Assembly (NCBI GenBank): GCA_965637545.1
Contig: OZ281499.1
Location: forward strand, 10,168,001-10,232,000
Source of the DNA: Phallusia mammillata
Lineage: Eukaryota
Direction: 5' to 3'
Length of the DNA: 64,000 nucleotides
Shown: positions 28,899 through 46,910 of the stretch, one piece after another
Position numbering within the stretch: the stretch's first letter is position 1
How the letters are laid out: every line of letters begins with the position of its first letter
The notes under the pieces: model-generated
The model's input: the letters and a program-made list of their open reading frames with translations, nothing else
Told to the model about the DNA's origin: nothing
The model's database searches: none
Position numbers and translations under genes: made by a program

Positions 28899-30398
28899 CA
28901 GCGGTTCCCAACCTTTCTGGTGCCGCGACCCCTTTGAAACAGTTCCAAAGTTGCGGTGACCCCACGCATAGGCGCCGAGTTTTACAAAAATGCAACGTGG
29001 CCGACGTAAATTATAACGTCACTTTTATGACGTCACTAATGCGTGTAACCAAACGAGCTCCAACTCAAAGCCCAATATACTTTTAATAAAAAGCAAAGTT
29101 TGTCAAATTAAAAAAAAATCGAAAGTAATTGATTTGGAACACTTCGCTTTAACGTTTCTATTGGTTTAGAAAATGTTTCGTCAAGTCGTTGCTTTTGTAT
29201 CACCCAAAGTGACTATTTATTACAGAACAATCGCATTGTACACCATAATGGCCAATCATTCACTGCCACAATTGTGTGTTTGACATGATAAACAAGTAAG
29301 GCACCAACCAAACTGGTTGTTGTTTCGGTACGTTTTGTTGCTTTTTCGTCAGCACGCTTGTTTAAAAGCAAAACTGTTCCCAAATTAGTTCAGATTTTAC
29401 GATGTTTCGTAAGATACCGATACAAACAAACCCAAATATCCTCGGTGGCCGGCACCGTGCTTTATAAACCCAAGGGGGCGGCGCCACCCCGCCAACGCCT
29501 ATTCGGAGCCTATGACCGCACGGATAAAATTAGTAGGCTATATATTAAAATAATTCTAAATATCGCGAACTTTATTTCTCACTATACTTTTTTTAATACT
29601 TGTCTTTGGATGCATCATTGACAGCCTGAAATTTTCATTTCAGTTTCGTTGACTATTAAGTTATAATTGGAGGATAGTGATATTATCGCGAGAATACAAA
29701 ACAAGTTGGCAGGTTCTGACTTAATGGTCATGATTATGTAAATGCAGTAATAATACGTAATGCAAGGCAATAAGAAAATTCAGTGTAAAAAACCACTAAA
29801 TCTGTCGCTATATTTTATTTGTTTTATCAAAACAAATGCATTTCGCTATAAAAAGCATCATCAGTGTCTAAAAACAAAATAAAAAGCGGGATAAAAGCAA
29901 AAACTACAAAAAAACACACACCCCCAGACCAACCGCAAAAAGTCTTCACTCTGTCTTACAGGACTGCAAATGCAGACCGGCAGGTATGGCGCTGATAAAA
30001 ACCACGAAAAAAAGGCGAGGAAAAGATAAGGGCGCAAAACGAAAAAAACAAACACGATTGTAGCAACAAAGCGATTATAGTTACCGAACACCCTGAATCG
30101 TCGCAGTCGTTTTACTTGATCGGAGATTTCATTAATAAGAAAAGAATTACTACGCTGCAAGGCAATAATTAGCATTTTGTGAAAACAATTAAGTCTTCGA
30201 AAATCAAAGATCCATCCCAGCTGTAGTTACTAGTTTACATACTTTAACAAACAATCGCGGGAAAAAATGTTGTGCTCAGTTCTTTTGTTAAATTAGTCTA
30301 TGGCCTAAAATGCGTTGGGAGCCATTCCCTTAGGCAACCCCAGGCAAATTGTCAGGCGACCCCAGTTGGGGTCACGACCCACAGGTTGAGAACCGCTG
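28899..30398. mobile_element. 1.5-kb non-autonomous hAT-like element in intron 3 of copy D
   Basis: TIRs cagcggttcccaacct / aggttgagaaccgctg. TSD ttctatgt / gtctatgt. Confidence 0.8.
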
Positions 30399-32216
30399 GT
30401 CTATGTAGTAGACATTAGCATTTTTTAATGTTAACGGAAGTAAAGTGATCTGTCGGTGCTGTGTTAAACATGAATCCAAAGCCCTATTGTATTTTGAAGT
30501 TTTTCAGGCGAAGAAGTCCAGTAATAGCACAAAACCAACATTTAAAGACTGTAACGACGCTTTAAGTCAAGGATACAACATCACAGGGCTACTGACCATT
30601 AAACCTGATGCCAACACATCGTCGTTTCAGGTGCGTACCTTCGTTCAATTGTTCGTTAGTTCATTTTTTCTTCTTTTCAGGTCTATTGCGACATGTCGTC
30701 TAATAGTGGTGGTGGTTGGACGTTGGTGGCTTCCATTCACAATGGCGATGGTTCGGAATATTGCGGTTCCGGAGATATGTGGTCAAAAACCCCATCAGGT
30801 TCCGGTGGGTTTTAAATGGTTTCATATGATGTGAAAAAAATTCCTTATTAGTGTTAGTGTACAATACTACAGCATTCGAGAACTGGTTGAATCTGAAAAC
30901 GTTTGGCAGGCCAGAAGGTGCCACTGGACAAGATTATAAAAGCAAAGCCTTGTACGCTGTCAACGTGAGTACAATAAAAACACTTTCTCACAGACTAAAT
31001 AGGTTTTTTTCCCCACAGTCGTTAATGCTTGTGTAATCAGACTCATGGTTCTAAAACTGTATAAAATTAAACTGTATAAAAATGTACTAGGATTACCACC
31101 GTTTCATAGGCTTCAGACATGATGATCTGGCACGTGCCAAATGGTCTTAACTTATCAGCAATTACAAGCGGAGCATTCTTCAAATATCACACAACAAACG
31201 GATTTCTTCAAAAATATGGATCTAATCTGCGCAGTTTGTTTACGCAGTACTTTCTCTTAGCCAGGAGTAGCCCTAAATGTCCGGATAACATTTCCGGTCA
31301 TCCTGTTGGTGAATGCTCCCTTGATTCAAAGATATTTGGAAAAATATGGGAATGTGTGAAGTACAATGATTGGTACAACTTGTGGCCGGGTCGAAGATCG
31401 TTCCTTGGTCGTTCGTTTGACCCACTTCCAATTGTTGAAGTCGATAAAGTGCGTAACTTTGTGAATTTGACACAATTTAAAGCTGAATACTCTTTTCTAA
31501 CTTCATGTAGATGACCATTAGGTTTGATACGCAAAAGACCATGAATATAAACAAGACTGGAAATTACAGGTAGGTCAATAAATTTCGATTATATTTTTTT
31601 AGTTTATTATTGTTGTAAGTGAAGAGTTCAGTACATAATGTAAAACCATTATTGAAAAGAGAGGAATTCTGTATCATTATATTGTGTAACTATCATTGAA
31701 AAGACTGGGAATTAAGTATCATTATGCGTATTTATCATTAAAAAGAGGGGAATTCTGGATCGTTATGTGCAACCGTCATTGAAAATAGTGTCTCTTTAAT
31801 CAACTGGAAAGAAATTGTCGTTTGTAAAATTTACGTAAACTAATATTCCTGTAGTGTTCCTGGCTTCAAGTCAATCTTAGCTGAAATGCAAGTTATTCCA
31901 TGGACACTCGGATCTACTCTGGTTTGGATTCCGTTGCCACACATCGATGTTGATGTTGATGTTAAGGTAAGTTTCTTATGAGCGTACACTATTAGGCGAA
32001 ATTGATTTTTCTCACTTATCAAGCTATATTTTTCGTGTTGCTGCGTAATTCGTCACTATGTAATTACTCACGTTTAACTTTTCTTCGTTTGTTACAAGGC
32101 AATAGTAGAAACAAGTTGTGAAAACGTAAACAGTGTTGCCGATTTGGGTAGTTCTTAAAAACATTTATATATGTTTGTTCTTTGTTTGATTAGAATCACA
32201 TATTAAGTTTAATAAC

Positions 32217-33065
32217 ATGTTCAAAGCTTTTGTTCATCTGCTTGGGTCAATTTTTTTAACCTACGCGAGAATAGAAACAACACTACTTTGCAAAATGGAT
32301 GCGGTAAAAGCGAATAAAACTAAACACTTAATACAAGAAATTATTTGGCCTGTTTTTCCTATGTCGCTAAAGGTATCAGGAAAGGAAAGAAACCTGCAAC
32401 CCAATGCTTGCGTAGTTTATAAACGGCTAGCTACACTGCAAGGTTTATTAACCAACTAGGCGCATTTGCGTTTGATTGGAGAAATTCGGGTACAGCAGGA
32501 AGGTCCTATCCATGCCAACACTGTGGCCTTGTGGGCATTTCAGCAACTTCAAATCAATGGTGCCCGATACCACCACGATCAACACACCGGGTAGTGAAAT
32601 GCGTCTCAAACCAACCGTTAGTTGCCGCGATTACGGTATTTATGTGGCTAAATGCATTGAATGTAATGCTTGCTATGTCGGCCAAACCAATAATTAGCAG
32701 TGAAAGAAATGACAAAGCAGCTTTATCGCGTCATTACGCCAGCAAACACATTAATATTTTGAAAAGGAAACCTGACATCGCCACATGTTTCCGTATTACC
32801 TTTGTGGAAAGCCCTAAAAAAGAAAATTTAGACACGTGCGAGGCCAAATGGCTAAAAATATTGGACGCTAAAATAAACTTTTGAGGTTGGTTCAGGTAGC
32901 TTTGGCAGTTAGTAACAGCAATCCCTTGTTTTATTGTTATACTGTTTTACTGCTTTTATTTTATTTATTTTGGCGTGTTTGTTTTAACACTCATTTTTAT
33001 ATCGATTTGTATTTCGATTTCCAGTTACTGATGATGCCATACATAGGCGAAATATATATTCTTTT
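32217..33065 (+). mobile_element. 5-prime-truncated Penelope-like retroelement (GIY-YIG endonuclease fragment and 3-prime region)
   Basis: CRDYGIYVAKCIECNACYVGQTN followed, after a frameshift, by HYASKH..ITFVESP..ENLDTCEAKWLKILDAKIN. Downstream CTGATGA..GAAA core at 33028-33052. Confidence 0.8.
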
Positions 33066-36000
33066 ATTTGAACCGACTGATTCTGTTTTACCAAGGATTT
33101 TATCGTCCATTGGTTTTACTGTATTACAAGAAATTATATTCGTACCTTAAACCTAGATAAAATCGAATTATCACGTCAAGGATTGACCTTAGATTTCAAT
33201 ACAGGTCACTTGGGGTTCATTTGGCGAGGACGTAGAGTTTGTTAGCAGTTCGTTGTATCACAATGACTATGACATACGATTTGGAGCTATGTGTGGTGGC
33301 CCATATTGCAAAGTTCTCTTTACTGTCACGAATTCCGTCGTAAGTAATTAATGTGTATTTATTTTTGGATAAGCGTAGTTTCTAATCACTTTTTATTTCC
33401 CCAATCCTGCTTTTGTATTTTTGCCTAAAGCCCTGTGTCCTACACACAAATTAAGCTATGGTGGTTCCTAGTTTGATTAGACTATGAAAGGCCTATATTG
33501 CAGCAGTGCAAGGCAATGGAGAACCAAGTTTTTGTACACTACTTGTTTTTTCTTGTAGAACTTGGGAACAAGATTTTCGTCAAATTCCCAATCAACGAAG
33601 TTTTACCAAAAGGACAACCTAACAAGCGTCGAAGTTCAAATAAAAAACATGAATAAGGCAACGCTGATAGGATATGCGATTGTGCACCGGTAATGCATTT
33701 TTCATTGAATTGTCAGTCATTTTGAATTCGAGATATAAAGAGATCTAACATGAATAGAATATTCGCAAGCCCCGAGAGCTATCCCCGAGACGGTGACGAT
33801 TGGATTCGTGTTCTTAAATATCTGCCCAGTTGCTTTGGTGAGTGAACATAGCATGTATATCAGTAACAGAATACAATGGCGTTTAAACCTTGTCGCTTAT
33901 AGATAAAGCTCTATTAGGAAGACATAAAGGCATTCCAAGTTTATCTGTTCCCGTCAAGTTTATCAAAGGATACATGAATTACAACCAACCTGATGTTACT
34001 CCTGGATTCATTGAGTTCAGAAAATATGGGAGTGTCGAATATCCATATCCGATTTGTCCTGGAGTAAGGTAAATTAAAATGGGAGAAATGCACCACTTGT
34101 CTCGTTAAAAATGTCAGATATCCTAACGGATATGGTCTTTATAACTTTAGGTTGGAAAACAATGCTGACCCTTCATTGTTTTGCATTGGCGGAATATCAA
34201 GTGGATCATTACATTCAGCAAAAGGCTGCGGTGATTTTTCTGGTATGTCGTATTTACGTTAAATTGCTGATCAATTGCTGTTCAAATGCTAAATTTGGAT
34301 AAGGGTTGTCACAATAATTGTCTGACAATTTCGTCTGAATTGAAATTCGGGAACAAAACGAAAATTTAATTTTATACAACACAACACTTTTAAGACTTAA
34401 TCAACATACAAATATCGCCCATCAAGTTACAAAAGCAATCTTTGTGGATTTTTAAACATGTCATGTCTTTATTCCTCAAATATATTTACCTAAAGCAATT
34501 CAATACCTCATTATTTCCTATTGAATTGATTTGCACAACCAATACGCAACATATTGTTTTTGACAGCTTGGGCCAGACTTGAAGCTCACAAAGAAAAGCG
34601 GACAAATTCCACCACAAAATATGACGTTACTGATTTGACCTCGACGCTTTTGTTGTTTTATCGTTAACTTGAACTCTTATACTGATCTTTTGTAGCTGTT
34701 TTTTTCCATAACCTAAGTTTGTAGATTTGATTTATGTAGGTTGCCAAGAAGGAAAATGTATAAATTTTATTTGTTTCAAATGTGGCTATTTCATAAGTTG
34801 CCAAATATACAATATCTACACATATATACAATACGTTTGTCCAATTTTTTTTAAGTATTAAGATTTTGCGGACCCATTTGTTACATGTGAAGGTATAATT
34901 AGTTCAGTTGCACGTTAGGACATAAAATGTCATTTGCAAAAACATGCCAGTTCCGGGTGTTCCATTTGGTATTGAATTGTAGGACAACTGCTTTAAGTTT
35001 CTTTTTTAATTTAATGAACAGTAAACTGTAATTGGTCCCTGGTGTTGTGCAGGAAATGTGTATAGTTTAATATATTTGTGACTGGGATAAAATTGCTTTA
35101 GGTAGATTTTTAAATGCTTAGGTTTCCCTACGAAATATACGATTCATTTCTTTAAATGTATTGTCGTCATAACGTATTTAACGAAAACATGAAATATAAA
35201 TCGAAAAAATATTTTCTTAATTTGCCTTTATTGAACAGTATGATATATAACTTTCTTACTTTTCCAACAACAGGTTTACTTGTAGGCTGTGAAAAGTATT
35301 TATGTGTTGATATGTTTCGCAAAACGATTGTGACATACAACCGGCCATTCTCGAAGCTTCATATATAGTTAATTTGCAATTGTTAAACGTTTGTGCCAGC
35401 AAAAACCTGATGTGCATCCCTAAAGCACATTATTGATAATAATTCGTGACGTAAATAAATAGTCACAAAATTACGTCATTACCAAAGCCACATTGTTGAT
35501 GACGCGTTATAGGCGCTTTGCACGTACACACAACGTTTTTTCGGTTAATGTTTCGGTCGTTTGCCGAAGATGGATGTAAACACCACAGCCGAATAAACTA
35601 CAGGTTCCAATAATGAGATGCAGTTTGTTAAATATTCTAAATAACATAGAAAATTATCCACATTCTTGGATAGTGGTAAATGGTGATTGGATTAATGTTT
35701 TGAAATAGATGCCCCCCTTACTTTGGTCAATGTCGCTCAGGTGGCTTTTTAACGACATGATACAAAAACTTTTCTAGTTCGACTGTTCCCGTAAAGTTTG
35801 TCAATCAATTCTCTTTCTCAATTTATTTAGTTTAAAAAAATATGCAACGTGTGGATAGTCTTATCCGATGTGTCCCACAGAAAAGTAAAGTTGGGTGAGA
35901 CAAACGTTATTGGATGGGAGAAATGTTAATGTCCACCAGTGTCAACTCATTGTTTCCAAATATTTATTTACCTCTGCTACATGTTTAGCAAATATACAAA

Positions 36001-37011
36001 TATCGCCATTAAACGTTATCAAACAATCTTAGTGCAATAAATAAAAGTAAAATATTTGAGGCAGGCGGGAACTGAATTGATCACTTACATTTCGTTACAT
36101 TCTAAAAACTCTGTAATCAGTTTCTATAAGTTATAACTTGTATTTTTTTTTGAAAACCTGCAACTGCCAGTCTTTAAAAACGTGCAGCCGGACTTGCTTC
36201 GATGACCACTTGTAAAGAGGCGGCTACAATGAAAATTATAATGTTCATTACAGTTGGTTGTGTCTTTCCTTTCTTCGTATTCTTGGGTAGGCGAATTAAC
36301 AGCAAAAAATTCCAACAATTTTTCATTCATAATATAGAAGAAATACCCGGAAGACGAGTAAAAAACATGTTTTTTTTAAGTGAGACAGGTTCTTTCTTAT
36401 AGAGTAAACCTTGTTTTAGGTTGATAGAATTGATTTTCTGGCAATGTGCAATATTATAAAGTCCTGGCTCCCTCTAACAGAGCTACGACACTTTTTTTCT
36501 GGGACCAGGCTGTTTTCTACTTTAAGTTGATCAGGAAACAAAAGCATAAACAGTACAGAGGCGTGCATCGATAAACAAACACGATATGTTTATAAAGAAT
36601 GTTCTAGAACAGCAATATGACTCGAAATGTTTTAGATAACGAACGAATGGAAAGTAAATCCTTTAAACAATTATTGTGACGAGTTTACTCTTATTTTATG
36701 AAATGCTTTTTCACACGATGAAGAAGGAATGAAGAAGGAACAAGAAAAACATGGAATGATTGGTACGTTTTCATTGAATCGCAGACACAAACTTTCGGCA
36801 CAATTAAAGAAAAAATGGCACGAAATTCGAAGTATTGACAGTTCGTGACGGAAATGCAGTAAAATTGCCATACAATGTAGTCGCAACGAGACATACAGGC
36901 GCGACATCAACTTACGTTGGGTAGTTGCTAGACAGAGGATAGTTATACGAACAACAAAATTTGTTTGTGCTTAAACTCTTTTGTCGAGGGAAAGTATTAT
37001 ACCACAGAAAA

Positions 37012-41514
<4,503 letters not shown>

Positions 41515-42845
41515 ATTTTTGCCATATTTGTAATAGATTATTAATCATTTTTATTTCATTTATTAGCCAGTCAAACATGTGCAGAAAAACTGTAAGATTC
41601 CTGTTTTCGAATACAAATCTAATATTTTTTTCACGTTTTATCACTAAGCATTGCTAAAAATATTTTATTCTCATTCCATCCGGTTGTAGATTTTACTTTC
41701 TCAACATCTGTATTTCATAAATGACAACATTGCTTTGTCAGCAACATACATTTTCTTAAAAAAAACGAATTATTTTTAATGAGCACAGAAAATCAACAAT
41801 AAAAATTGAAAATATTGAAATGATTATTAAAAGAAAGAAAAGGACAAAATATCAGCAAATTTTTGAGTAATTTTCAAAAATTATGTCCTTATTTGCATTT
41901 TTGAATTGGATATTAGGAGAAAGTTAAGTGTCCTACTCACTGCTAAACTTAAAAAAATAGTTCATAGTCTTTAAAATTCTTCAAAACCTTGTCATGCAGC
42001 TAAGCACCTTGCTTATGTTCAACACTTGTACGTGATTTCTTTACTTTGGTGCATCCGTCAGTTTTCCGACAGATTCTGCTCTAAAATTTAGTATGTAAAC
42101 ATTGCACAGTACATAAACATTGTATAACGCTTTTCATAAAAAAAGGATAATTCATTTGCTTGTCTGCTTTGAAGTTGAAGTTGAAAGAGTTCAAAGAATA
42201 CTTAGACACCATTTAAATTTCTGAAATAAAAAGTTTTTTGGCGTTGTTCTATTTTTGATGGCGTGCCTACCCTGTGTGCTAACAAACATATTTTTTTGTT
42301 TAAATGACATTCACTTCATCGAAGTCGGATGTAAACCACTCAGTACTTGTGATGCTAAACAACTAGCGACATATGTTTTGTGAAAACGTAATTTTCATAC
42401 GGTTTGTAATAACAAATAACATGTTTATTGTAACAACAAAGATGCAACTGGTTGAAGGTTGATGCAATTAAACATAGCTAGTATGGAACTGCGATTTACA
42501 TTTTGGTTATGTTTGAAGCTTTTGTTTAATTCCATGAAACGCTTTATTCGAGTGACAAGAAAATGTGGGTTCATCTATTGAATTGAGCAATAAAAATGAC
42601 GAAATTCTACAGAAAGTAAACTGAAATACAGATATGCAGAAACGTAGGAAGTAACATTTGAACAAATAAACAGATTGAACACAATACGTTTTTTTAGCAA
42701 TGGTTAATGATATATTATGTAAAATAATTAAATTTGTATTGACATTGGACTACACGAATTTTACAGCTTTTCTACAGGTGTTTGACCGGCTAATAAATCA
42801 AATAAAAATGATTACTGATAAATGCAGATAAAATATGGCGAAAAT

Positions 42846-45800
42846 TTAACGATAAAACAGCAGAAGCGTTGACGTCAAATCAGTGACGTCACCTCCTGTC
42901 GTGGAATTGGCCCGCTTTTCTTTATGAGCTGCAAGTTGGTCCCAAGCTGTCAAAGCATGATTATTCTTGTTATTTCAGATCAAATAGTGTTAGTAGTTAG
43001 TTCTTTGGAATGATTTGCGGGAAAAAAAACGAAGCTAGCCAATCAACGAAACAAAAGAACTGCTGTTAAATCTAACGTCTTTTATGTAAAGTAAGTTATA
43101 TCTTTATGTCTATAATGATGGGATGAGCATTTGCAATACAGAATTTTCTTTTTAGGTCTATTTGATCTGCAATGTCCTTTATTTGACCTAGATTAAGTGG
43201 CCGAAACATTTGGTGTAATTCAGATGTTACAGCTAATCAGTACATACCAGAAAAATCACCACATCTTCGCCTGTAGGAATACGAGCTACCAGTTGTCAAT
43301 CCGCCAATACAATGCAGGGAAGGGTCTGCATTGCCATCCAACCTTAAACAAATCAGATTAGAGAATTGACATCGTCTGAGTGTTTGATTGGTTATTAACT
43401 TTTTCTTTTTGTGTTTGGATAAAAAAGAATCAATAAGTTTTTTATACTTGTAAGTAACGCACCTGATTCCTGGACATATAGGATAAGGATACCCGGAACT
43501 GCCGTATTTTCGGAACTCAATGAAACCAGGAGTAACATCCGATTCGTAAAAGTCCATATTTCCTTTGATAAAACTAGCAGGAACCGACAGACTTGGAAGG
43601 TCTTTGTATTCAGTTGTTTGAAAGTCATCTGTTGGTAAAAGAGTTTTAAAGCAGTGCTCTGTTATAACTAATAGACATAATATGGACCCTTACCAAAGCA
43701 GCTAGGAATATTATCAAGAATCTGACCCCAGTCGTAATTGTTAGGAGTTGAGGCATATTTTCTAAGATAATAAAGTTTTTGTTTTCAGCTAAATTAATTG
43801 TATTGTTGTTAGAATTGAAACAAAGTTACCTTTGAAATATTGTATAACCGAATAAGGTGGCCCGATTCATATGTTGTATTCGTGCTTCAATATGTGTTTG
43901 ATTGTTTACTTGGTAAAAACTCGTTGTTTCGGTAAAGGTAGAAGTAACCTGTCCTCCCCAATTCTAAAAAATAATATGTATGGATTTTGTACGTTAATAA
44001 TTTTAAAGATTTTGTACGTTTTATTTTTCGCATTTTCGCATCTAAATTTTTAGCACACCTTAGCTGAACTAAACAAACCTATGAGCCATTTTGTGAGTCT
44101 TTACTTTACCAATACACCTAAAAGAGTGTTTTAAACCAGGGAGTCGAACCGCTTGTCATATGGGTTCAGGTTCGGTTCGGGTTCACTTGGTTTTGTTTTT
44201 AAGGGTTCGGGTTTGGTTCAGGTTTTTCAAAATGTATATTTTCGGGTTCGGGTTTTGTTCCGATTCGGGCAAATTATGCGGTCCGAACCGGTTTGCGGTT
44301 TTTAAACCGGTTCAAATTTTTATTCATGTCAATTTAACTCTAACCATCATCTACCTGGCCTTATCAAACTCCAAAAGAATTTTGCCCGTGCACTGTAATT
44401 TTTGACACGCCCTATAAGTGTTATCTCGCGTATTAGTTTTGAATAAAATCACAACATATAAAACAGACTGCATATTTTACTGGTTCGGTTCCGGTTCGGG
44501 TCCAACGCCAAACAAAAAGTAGGGTTCAACTCCGGTTCGGGTTTTTAGAAAATCGTAATTAGCGGTTCGGGTTCGGTTCGGGTTTAATGAAATAAACCGC
44601 TCAAACCGGTTCGCGGGTTCGGGTTCAGTTCCAGTTCGACTCCCTGTTTTAAACTCCCAATAAAGTTGCGTCCTTAAAAAAAGATTCAATAGTTAGTTAG
44701 TCACTTACATTGGAATTGGTGATGGTGAAAAGAACCTTACAGTGCGAGTCACCACACTGTGCTCCAAATCTTATGTCATATGTTCCCTGTGATGTTGAGC
44801 TCCGCCAAAACCTCATGTTTCTACCAAACGTTCCCCAATCAACCTTCAAAAGCAGCTTTATAAAAAAATGGAAACAAGCCAAACATCATCTAGTGCTTTG
44901 TATTTCAATTTTAATCCTCAGCAAAGGCTTTTATCAGATAATTAAGCACCTATACAGAACATAGTAAGCGATGTATAAATACGGTATGTTCTACCAAAGA
45001 CCGCCATCAATGTCAAATGAAATAGCTTGCCGAAGTATACATTAGTAAATATTCCCTTGATAGTAAATTTTATAGACGAACTATACCTTCACATTGATAT
45101 CGTCTGCAGTGTATGGTATCGGAATCCAAACAAGTGTGGTGGCAACTCTGGATGTTTTTCTCATTGCCACTTCAATCTGTTTAGCACCAGGGACACTATA
45201 AAATAACAACTTATTCTGCAACCTTAATTAAAAATCGAATACCTGTCAGAGAAGACGGTCTATTTCCTATGAAAAAAGATTACACGAGACAAAATAATGA
45301 AGAAATCTTTACCGACTTGAAATTTCCCGTTCTGTTAATGCTTATCGCCCTATGTGTATTGAATTTGATTATCATCTGTACGAAATTAAGATTGCGTTAT
45401 GTGGTACCCTTACAATTCGTTCACAAAAAATACAACCCACGTTGTCGCTTCCTGTAATTCGCACAGGATTTACTCGTTCAGATCGTTGAAACGACCTGCG
45501 CCAAATATCACTCCAATTAATTTTCTGCACACACCCTATCGCTTTCTCGGCCATACCTAAACAACAGATTTAATTATTGAACTGGGAGAAATCTATTTTA
45601 AGAAAACCCTCTTCTTGACCTGTTGGGCTGTATCGTGTCATAGGAAAGTGTTGCGTAAACAAAGTTTGAAGATTCGATCCATATTTCTGAAGAAATCCGT
45701 TTGTTGTATGATATTTGAAGAATGCGCCACTCGAAATTACTGGCAAACCAAGATCGTTTGGCACGTGCCAAATCATTATGTCTGAGGCCTGCAAAACCAG

Positions 45801-46910
45801 TTTTTTAAAATGTTTACGTGCCAACCATTGCTCATGCAAATGTCACGACAGGCTTCAAAAAGGTTAAAAAAACTTTAAAAATGGTTTATTTGAACTTACA
45901 TTGAGAGCGTACAAAGCTTTGCTTTTGTAGTCCTCTCCGGTTACATCTTGCAAATCGCCAAACGATTTCATGTTAAACCAGTTGTCATATGCTGTAAAAT
46001 GCTACAAAACGTAAAACAAAAATTGAAAAAAACGTATAATTTACAAACTGACCGGAAGCCGACGATTCCTTTGACCATTTGTCTTTGTAATTGCAGCTAC
46101 TACTGATGCCGTCTTCGTGAACTGAAGCCACGAGCGTCCAACCACCGCCACCGGACGACATGTCGCAAAATACCTAATATTTATGTTTAGCTCGACTGAG
46201 GCGAAATAACAATCAAATTTTTGTACCTGAAACTCGGGAGTGTATTCATTGGGCTTAATGGTGAGAAGACCTGTGACGTTGTAGCCTTGACTTAAAGCGT
46301 CTTTGCAGTCCTTAAATATTGGCTTGCTGCAAAATTTCGATTTCACTGGCCGTTGAACTACAAAAAGTATATGCCTTCAATGTTACGGTTAAAAATACTT
46401 TATTACACACTTGCTTTACCTCCAATACTTGTCATTGCCTCTGGCTTTGGTCTTGGGGTTTCCATCTAACAGTACACGAAAATATTTGGAAACGCGTTCT
46501 CATATTAACACTTTCAAAGACTTAGTATGCTTTTGTATTAAAAAATGTTTTTTTCTGATGTAATATAATGTGTTGCAGGAAAAAAAATCGTTTCTAATCT
46601 GAATGATAACATGTTGGTCACAAATATATAGCAAAACATGCCGTATTGGAAATATAAAAATAGCAAAACATGCCGTATTATATCAACAAAACCAAAATTA
46701 CCATTTGAATTCCAAATCCAACGCTAATAGCAACCACAAGAACTGTCAGCAGCAAAATGATAAGAAGAAGTGAAAAAACGCCCGACTCGCGCGAATTGCC
46801 CTTCCCAGAGCTGCGTGCTGAAATGAACAGTAATCATGTAAAAAAGTATCAGATAATAATAACTTAACAATGATACCTGTACGATGTTCACCTCTGCCGT
46901 TTTCAAACAT
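42846..46910 (-). CDS. Copy F: intelectin-like gene with insert, 16 exons, apparently intact
   Basis: Starts MFENGRGEHRTARSSGKGNSRESGVFSLLLIILLLTVLVVAISVGFGIQM. All exons recovered in phase; ends LLFYR*. Confidence 0.8.
44137..44646. mobile_element. MITE rich in GGTTCGG repeats in copy F intron 10, absent from copy G
   Basis: TIRs cagggagtcgaac / gttcgactccctg. Perfect TSD ttttaaac. Empty site aagagtgttttgaactcc at ~51101-51118 in G. Confidence 0.9.

Larger units (their letters stand above)
27469..34667 (+). pseudogene. Copy D: intelectin-like pseudogene (B-like)
   Basis: Intron-1 donor lost, but the read-through is in frame. hAT insertion inside exon 3 (28234-28847). +1 frameshift in exon 11 (aattcccc at ~33583-33590) leading to TAA. 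Other exons present through LLLFYR*. Confidence 0.8.
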
